A stretch of DNA of 24,000 bases from Lachnospiraceae bacterium LCP25S3_G4 (GTDB lineage: Bacteria; Bacillota; Clostridia; Lachnospirales; Lachnospiraceae). Location: assembly GCA_052116865.1 (NCBI GenBank), contig JBQKKG010000001.1:501435-525434 (forward strand), given 5' to 3'. The notes under the pieces are model-generated. The model saw only the letters and a list, made by a program, of their open reading frames with translations, did not search any database and had not been told where the DNA came from. Each line of letters opens with the position of its first letter. Position 1 is the stretch's first letter. The position numbers and the translations under genes were made by a program. Shown one piece after another: positions 18,464 through 24,000 of this stretch.

Positions 18464-18492
18464 TATAATGATGTCTAGTAGAATTAATTCTA
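18464..18492 (+). promoter_or_regulatory. Candidate plsX -10 element plus a perfect 14-bp palindrome (possible operator)
   Basis: TATAAT at 18464-18469 with no good -35. TAGAATTAATTCTA at 18479-18492 is its own reverse complement and lies between the -10 and the plsX SD (AGGAGG 18501-18506). Confidence 0.35.
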
Positions 18493-18513
18493 TCAATGCT
18501 AGGAGGTAAGAGC

Positions 18514-19512
18514 ATGACAAATATTACAAGAGTAGCAGTAGATGCTATGGGTGGCGATCACGCACCACATGAAACCGTAAAAGGTGCAGTGGAGGCCGTG
18601 AATCATGATGCTTCTATAAAAGTTTTATTAGTTGGTAAAAAAGATGCAGTAGATAAAGAATTGGCAGCATATACTTATTCCAAGGAACAGATAGAAGTGG
18701 TAGATGCAACAGAAGTAATTGAAACAGCAGAGCCACCAGTAATGGCAATTAGAAGGAAAAAGGATTCCTCTATTGTCGTGGGAATGAATCTTGTGAAACA
18801 CCAGGAGGCAGATGCTTTTGTATCCGCTGGAAGTTCGGGGGCAGTTTTAGTTGGCGGACAAGTCATAGTAGGAAGAATCAAGGGTATAGAACGACCGCCA
18901 CTTGCACCATTAATTCCTACAAAAAAAGGGGTATCATTATTGATTGACTGTGGTGCCAATGTTGATGCGAGACCCACACATTTAGTACAATTTGCAAAAA
19001 TTGGATCTATCTATATGGAAAGCATATTAGGTATTCAGAACCCAAAGGTAGGAATCGTGAATATCGGTGCTGAAGAAGAGAAAGGAAATGCATTGGTAAA
19101 AGAGACTTTTCCACTGTTAAAAGAATGCGAAAGCATAAACTTTGTTGGTAGTGTAGAGGCGAGAGATATTCCATTTGGCAAGGTGGATGTTGTTGTTTGT
19201 GAAGCATTTGTTGGAAATGTTGTGTTAAAAACATTTGAAGGTGTAGGTGCAGTATTGATTAGTAAGATTAAAGGTGGTATGATGACCTCATTAAGAAGCA
19301 AACTGGGGGCGATGTTGGTAAAACCTGCATTAAAAGAAACACTAAAATCTTTTGATTCAAGCGAATATGGCGGAGCACCGTTGTTAGGCTTAAATGGTCT
19401 AGTAGTAAAAGCACATGGCAGTTCGAATTCAAAGGAAATTGCCAACTCGATCGCACAATGTGTGACGTTTAAAAAGCAAAAAATTAATGAAAAAATTAAA
19501 GAACTTATATAA
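18514..19512 (+). CDS. plsX: Phosphate acyltransferase PlsX
   Basis: MTNITRVAVDAMGGDHAP start, GSSGA and KAHGSS motifs. ATG 18514 lies 7 nt after AGGAGG, so the ORF-track start at 18496 is probably too long. Confidence 0.93.
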   Translation: MTNITRVAVDAMGGDHAPHETVKGAVEAVNHDASIKVLLVGKKDAVDKELAAYTYSKEQIEVVDATEVIETAEPPVMAIRRKKDSSIVVGMNLVKHQEADAFVSAGSSGAVLVGGQVIVGRIKGIERPPLAPLIPTKKGVSLLIDCGANVDARPTHLVQFAKIGSIYMESILGIQNPKVGIVNIGAEEEKGNALVKETFPLLKECESINFVGSVEARDIPFGKVDVVVCEAFVGNVVLKTFEGVGAVLISKIKGGMMTSLRSKLGAMLVKPALKETLKSFDSSEYGGAPLLGLNGLVVKAHGSSNSKEIANSIAQCVTFKKQKINEKIKELI

Positions 19513-19527
19513 GAAAGGGAAATGAAC

Positions 19528-19758
19528 ATGGAATTTGAAAAATTACAAGATATTATAGCAGATGTACTTAACGTAGGAAAAGAGGAGATCAAAATGGACA
19601 CTACCTTTGTAGATGATCTGGGTGCAGATTCTTTAGATATTTTCCAAATTATTATGGGAATCGAAGAAGCATTTGATATCGAAATTTCAAATGACGATGC
19701 AGAAAAGATTGCCTCGGTAGGAGATGCTGTTGAGCAAATCAAAAACGCAACTAATTAA
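19528..19758 (+). CDS. acpP: Acyl carrier protein
   Basis: ~76 aa with the DLGADSLD phosphopantetheine attachment motif. ATG 19528 is better spaced from AAAGGGA than ATG 19522. Confidence 0.92.
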   Translation: MEFEKLQDIIADVLNVGKEEIKMDTTFVDDLGADSLDIFQIIMGIEEAFDIEISNDDAEKIASVGDAVEQIKNATN

Positions 19759-19769
19759 TTAAGGTGATG

Positions 19770-19798
19770 AAAAGCCCGTTGTGGGCTTTTCGTTTTTA
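19770..19798 (+). terminator. Intrinsic terminator after acpP
   Basis: GAAAAGCCC (19770-19778), loop GTTGT, GGGCTTTTC (19784-19792), then GTTTTT. Confidence 0.75.
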
Positions 19799-19811
19799 TA
19801 TGGTGGAATAC

Positions 19812-20507
19812 ATGAAAAATAATTTGACAGAATTAGAGAAAAAAATTCAATATCATTTTAAAGATCAAACATTGTTAAGGCAAGCAATGATGCATAGTTC
19901 ATATGTAAATGAGCGCCGAATGAAAAAGCATCAATGCAATGAACGATTAGAATTTTTGGGAGACGCAGTATTGGAGTTAGTTTCAAGTGAATATTTGTTT
20001 TTTTCTTTTCCAACAACACCAGAGGGTGAATTGACAAAAAATAGAGCCAGCATGGTATGTGAGCCAGCACTTGCATATTGTGCACGAGAAATAGATTTGG
20101 GCTCATATCTGTTGTTAGGAAAAGGAGAAGAGGTTACTGGTGGTAGAAAAAGAGAGTCTATAACGTCCGATGGTTTAGAAGCATTAATTGGTGCGATTTA
20201 TTTGGATGGTGGTTTTGCTAATGCAAAAGACTTTATCAAATCTTTTGTCTTGAATGATTTGGAACATAAAAAACTCTTTTATGATAGCAAGACTATCCTA
20301 CAAGAAATTGTACAAGGACATTTTACAGACCCAATATCCTACCAACTTATAAAAGAAGAAGGCCCTGATCATAATAAGTCCTTTGAAGTAAATGTCTACA
20401 TTGGCTCCATTTGTTATGGTACAGGAAATGGAAGAACAAAAAAAGCAGCGGAACAAGAAGCTGCTTATAAAGCGATTTTAGAATTACACAAACGAAAGTT
20501 AAAATAG
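19812..20507 (+). CDS. rnc: Ribonuclease III
   Basis: LEKKIQYHFKD..LL.QAMMHSSY and the ERLEFLGDAVLEL RNase III signature, plus a C-terminal dsRBD (GPDHNKSFEVNV...GRTKKAAEQEAA). Start moved to ATG 19812 because the longer ORF (19764) would include the acpP terminator hairpin. Confidence 0.9.
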   Translation: MKNNLTELEKKIQYHFKDQTLLRQAMMHSSYVNERRMKKHQCNERLEFLGDAVLELVSSEYLFFSFPTTPEGELTKNRASMVCEPALAYCAREIDLGSYLLLGKGEEVTGGRKRESITSDGLEALIGAIYLDGGFANAKDFIKSFVLNDLEHKKLFYDSKTILQEIVQGHFTDPISYQLIKEEGPDHNKSFEVNVYIGSICYGTGNGRTKKAAEQEAAYKAILELHKRKLK

Positions 20508-20514
20508 GTGTTTC

Positions 20515-23500
20515 ATGTATTTAAAAAGTATAGAAGTACAAGGTTTTAAATCTTTTGCTAATAAAATTGTCTTTGATTTTCATAATGGAATTACAGGTAT
20601 TGTAGGACCAAATGGAAGTGGAAAAAGTAATGTTGCAGATGCGGTACGCTGGGTGCTTGGAGAGCAGCGTGTAAAGCAATTGCGTGGTGGCAGCATGCAG
20701 GATGTTATTTTTTCTGGGACTGAGAATAGGAAGCCACTTAGTTATGCCTCTGTTGCAATCACACTTGACAATTCGGATCATCAATTGGCAATAGATTTTG
20801 AAGAGGTTACCGTTACAAGAAAGATATATCGTTCTGGAGAAAGCGAATATTTAATCAATGGTTCTTCCTGTAGACTGAAAGATGTAAATGAATTATTTTA
20901 TGATACAGGAATTGGAAAAGAAGGCTATTCTATTATTGGCCAGGGACAGATAGATAAAATCTTAAGCGGAAAACCGGAAGAACGTCGTGAGTTATTTGAT
21001 GAAGCAGCAGGAATTGTTAAATTTAAAAGACGAAAGAATATGTCCGTAAAAAAGTTAGAGGATGAAAGACAGAATCTAGTACGTGTGAATGATATTTTAT
21101 CAGAGATCGAACGACAAATAGGTCCTTTAGAAAAACAATCTACGGTGGCAAAGGAGTATTTGAAAAAGAAAGAAGAGTTAAAAACATATGATATCAATAT
21201 GTTTTTATTAGAAACAGAACGTTTGAAAGAGCTCATCAATGACACCGATAAAAAATTGGAACTAGCAAATCATGATCTAGCCATATCGAGTCAATCTTAT
21301 GATGATACAAAAGTAGAGTATGAGGCCATTGAGGAGCAGGTAGATGTAATTGAAGATGCAATTGAAAAATCAAAAAGCCAGTTAAATGAGACGAATCTAT
21401 TAAAGCAACAATTAGAAAGTCAAATAGAGTTATTAAAAGAGCAAATTAATACTGCAAGAATGAATGATGAACATTATGGACAACGATTGCTATCTATACA
21501 AAGTGATATTCGTGAGAGAGAGAAACAAAAAGCAGAATTAGAGGCAGAGCATCATGAGATACAACAACAATTAGACGAATCAAAAGGAAATGCAAAGGCT
21601 GCCAAAGATAATTTAGCAATAACACAATCTAAGATTTCTAAAATCACAGCAGCTATTGAACAGGGAAAAAATGATATTATTGATCTTCTCAATACTCGAT
21701 CTTCAACAAAAGTTAAGATACAACGCTATGATACGATGCTGGAACAAATTCAGGTGCAGCGTGCTCAGGTGAGTAAGAAGTTAATTGAAGTCAAAAGTGA
21801 CGCTAGCCAACAAGAAGATTTGTATCATCAATATGAAGTTGAGTTAAAAAACATTTCCGAAAAAATCAATTATTTTGTTGAAAAAAGCTCAAAATTAGAA
21901 GCAAGAATTGAAGTCATACAAGGGCAGCTCACAAAACAAAATGAACAATTACGTATTGGGCAGATTGCTTTTCATAGAGAACAATCAAAATTGGAATCTT
22001 TAAAAAATATTACAGAACGTTACGATGGGTATGGAAATAGTATTCGTAAAGTTATGGAAAAAAAAGAGCAGGAGCCAGGTTTGTTGGGAGTTGTTGCAGA
22101 TATTATAAAAGTAGAAAAAGAATACGAAATTGCGATTGAAACAGCATTAGGTGGAAGTATTCAAAATATCGTTACAGACAATGAGCATACTGCAAAACGG
22201 ATGATTCAATATTTGAAACAAAATAAATTTGGACGAGCTACATTTCTTCCGTTAACTGGAATCCATGGAACTGCAGGAATAAGGCAACAGGATGCATTAA
22301 AAGAACAAGGTGTGATAGGATTAGCCAATACATTAGTGCAAGTAGATGATACATATAAAATATTAGCCGATCACCTACTTGGACGAACCATTGTTGTTCA
22401 TCGGATTGACGATGGAATAGCAATTGCTAAGAAGTATAAACAATCGTTACGTATTGTTACTACGGAAGGCGAATTAATTAATCCGGGGGGATCGATGACT
22501 GGTGGCGCTTTCAAGAATTCAAGCAACTTATTAGGTAGACGTCGTGAAATAGAAGAATTTGAAAAAAGTGTCTTATTGTTAAAAACAGATATGGAAACAA
22601 TGCAAGCGGAAGTAGAGGATGCAAAAAAGGAAAGAACAGCATGTTATGGTTCTATCGAAGCAATTAAGTATGAATTACAGCAAGCATATGTCCTACAAAA
22701 TACAGCAAAAATGAATATAAATCAAGTGCAAGCTAAACAGTTGTCATCAAAGCAGTCCTTTGAGAACCTCCAATCTGAAAGCAGGGAATTAGAACAACAG
22801 ATTATTGATATTCGAGAAAGCCAGTCTACGATACAAAAGGAATTAGATACTTCACAAGAACAAGAAGAATCACTAACAGGCTGTGTTGAAGAATATCAAG
22901 CGGATCTAGAAAAAGAACGTCTGATTGAGACGCACCAGATGCAAGAATCAGAAAAACTACATGTAATATTGGCCAATCTGGTGCAGAAAAATGACTTCGC
23001 AATAGAAAATAGAAATCGTGTAAATGAAGAGATAAGTAAATTAGAATTAGAATTAGATGAACTAGATAAAAATAAAGGTAACTCTTCTAATGAAATTCTG
23101 GAAAAAGAAGAACAAATATCAGAAATACGAAATACTATTGCAAGCTCAAAAGAATTATTTGATGAGATTGATAATGAAATCAAACAATCAGTTGTTAAGC
23201 GTGAGGAATTGCAACAGCAACATAAGGCTTTCTTAAGCAAACGAGAAGAGCTTGCTAAAACTATGTCAGATCTTGATAAAGAGGTATTCCGCTTATCGAG
23301 CAAACGAGAATCTTATGAAGAATCTGCTGAAAAACAAATTAATTATATGTGGGAAGAATATGAACTTACCTATAGTCATGCATTAGAGCTGAGAGATAAA
23401 AATTTAATTGATTTAAACTTTATGAAGAGGCAAATACAAGCGTTAAAGTTAGATATCAAGAATTTAGGAACGGTTAACGTAAATGCTATCGATGATTACA

Positions 23501-24000
23501 AGAACTTATCCGAACGATATGAGTTTTTAAAAACACAGCATGATGATTTAATTGAAGCTGAGGCAACTTTAATGCAAATCATTGAGGAATTAGATGAGGC
23601 TATGCGGATTCAGTTTCGTGAAAGCTTTGATGAGATTTCGAAGGAGTTTGATACTGTATTCAAACAACTCTTTGGTGGGGGAAAAGGAACTCTGGAGTTG
23701 ATGGACAATACAGATATTTTAGAAGCCGGTATTCGCATTATTGCACAACCACCAGGGAAAAAATTACAAAATATGATGCAACTGTCTGGTGGAGAAAAAG
23801 CTTTAACAGCTATTTCGCTTTTATTTGCTATTCAGAATCTAAAACCGTCACCATTTTGCCTTTTAGATGAGATTGAAGCTGCTTTAGACGATTCAAATGT
23901 TGTGCGATTTGCACAGTACTTGCATAAATTAACAAAAAATACACAATTTATTGTAATTACACATCGACGTGGTACCATGACAGCAGCTGATCGATTATAT
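20515..24000 (+). CDS. smc: Chromosome segregation protein SMC; 3' end lies outside the window
   Basis: Not in the ORF track (no stop in the window). Read by hand: MYLKSIEVQGFKSFANKIVFDFHNGITGIVGPNGSGKSN (Walker A), long coiled-coil stretches, a hinge (...GLLGVVADIIKVEKEYEIAIETALGG...), the LSGGEKALTAISLLFAI signature and FCLLDEIEAALD Walker B. The frame is still open at base 24000. Confidence 0.93.
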   Translation, partial: MYLKSIEVQGFKSFANKIVFDFHNGITGIVGPNGSGKSNVADAVRWVLGEQRVKQLRGGSMQDVIFSGTENRKPLSYASVAITLDNSDHQLAIDFEEVTVTRKIYRSGESEYLINGSSCRLKDVNELFYDTGIGKEGYSIIGQGQIDKILSGKPEERRELFDEAAGIVKFKRRKNMSVKKLEDERQNLVRVNDILSEIERQIGPLEKQSTVAKEYLKKKEELKTYDINMFLLETERLKELINDTDKKLELANHDLAISSQSYDDTKVEYEAIEEQVDVIEDAIEKSKSQLNETNLLKQQLESQIELLKEQINTARMNDEHYGQRLLSIQSDIREREKQKAELEAEHHEIQQQLDESKGNAKAAKDNLAITQSKISKITAAIEQGKNDIIDLLNTRSSTKVKIQRYDTMLEQIQVQRAQVSKKLIEVKSDASQQEDLYHQYEVELKNISEKINYFVEKSSKLEARIEVIQGQLTKQNEQLRIGQIAFHREQSKLESLKNITERYDGYGNSIRKVMEKKEQEPGLLGVVADIIKVEKEYEIAIETALGGSIQNIVTDNEHTAKRMIQYLKQNKFGRATFLPLTGIHGTAGIRQQDALKEQGVIGLANTLVQVDDTYKILADHLLGRTIVVHRIDDGIAIAKKYKQSLRIVTTEGELINPGGSMTGGAFKNSSNLLGRRREIEEFEKSVLLLKTDMETMQAEVEDAKKERTACYGSIEAIKYELQQAYVLQNTAKMNINQVQAKQLSSKQSFENLQSESRELEQQIIDIRESQSTIQKELDTSQEQEESLTGCVEEYQADLEKERLIETHQMQESEKLHVILANLVQKNDFAIENRNRVNEEISKLELELDELDKNKGNSSNEILEKEEQISEIRNTIASSKELFDEIDNEIKQSVVKREELQQQHKAFLSKREELAKTMSDLDKEVFRLSSKRESYEESAEKQINYMWEEYELTYSHALELRDKNLIDLNFMKRQIQALKLDIKNLGTVNVNAIDDYKNLSERYEFLKTQHDDLIEAEATLMQIIEELDEAMRIQFRESFDEISKEFDTVFKQLFGGGKGTLELMDNTDILEAGIRIIAQPPGKKLQNMMQLSGGEKALTAISLLFAIQNLKPSPFCLLDEIEAALDDSNVVRFAQYLHKLTKNTQFIVITHRRGTMTAADRLY

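Noticed and set aside
18361-18509. Two mini-ORFs starting at the direct repeats: MMSNRDFIQKNISVFI* (18361-18411) and MMSSRINSINARR* (18468-18509), the second ending on the plsX SD
   Set aside because: The shared MMS(N/S)R start is just the DNA repeat being translated. Neither has a credible Shine-Dalgarno sequence. The second would begin inside or upstream of the likely -10 element and transcription start.
16684-18513. NSS transporter cassette as a mobile element or genomic island
   Set aside because: No transposase or integrase, no terminal inverted repeats and no tRNA attachment site are present. Only a short 14-nt repeat lies on one side.
19035-19742. 235-aa reverse-strand ORF spanning plsX and acpP
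   Set aside because: It is antisense to two highly conserved genes and crosses their intergenic gap. The Ser/Ile/Phe-rich low-complexity translation has no family resemblance.
20521-23303. Several reverse-strand ORFs (20521-20784, 20925-21245, 22238-22423, 22896-23303) in a region where the ORF track shows no + strand gene
   Set aside because: The + strand carries smc in frame 1 (from ATG 20515), which is absent from the track only because it has no stop within the window. The reverse ORFs are antisense artefacts of its repetitive coiled-coil codons.
1-24000. Scan for CRISPR arrays, tRNA/rRNA genes, defence systems, toxin-antitoxin pairs and prophage genes
   Set aside because: I saw no regularly spaced repeats, no cloverleaf-like or rRNA-like sequences, and no ORFs outside recognisable housekeeping or transport families. 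The window appears to be core genome.

Overview
This window looks like an ordinary core-chromosome region of a low-GC Firmicute, probably class Clostridia. Genes are tightly packed and almost all on the + strand. In order: the 3' end of an alanine/glycine:cation symporter; an aldo/keto reductase with an Fe-S domain plus a DUF1893 gene; a likely operon polA-coaE-MBL hydrolase-ACT(UPF0237)-UPF0210-degV; a convergent tmcAL (ylbM-like) gene; an M-box (Mg2+) riboswitch leader driving two tandem mgtE paralogues; pta-ackA; yceD(DUF177)-rpmF; a self-contained NSS-family sodium symporter cassette; then plsX-acpP-rnc-smc, with smc running off the 3' end. rpmF (59 aa) and smc (no stop in the window) are missing from the supplied ORF track and were read directly from the sequence. 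I see no CRISPR array, transposase, integrase, phage, toxin-antitoxin or defence-like genes, and no tRNA or rRNA. I found no convincing undescribed multi-gene system. The items worth a second look are small: (1) one M-box controlling two anciently diverged tandem mgtE copies; (2) a near-consensus promoter followed within about 20 nt by a perfect intrinsic terminator upstream of the NSS transporter; (3) the NSS cassette splitting the usually contiguous rpmF/plsX neighbourhood; (4) a perfect 14-bp palindrome and a 13/14 direct repeat in the plsX upstream region; (5) the conserved ACT/UPF0210 pair of unknown function. All long reverse-strand ORFs inside these genes look like antisense artefacts.
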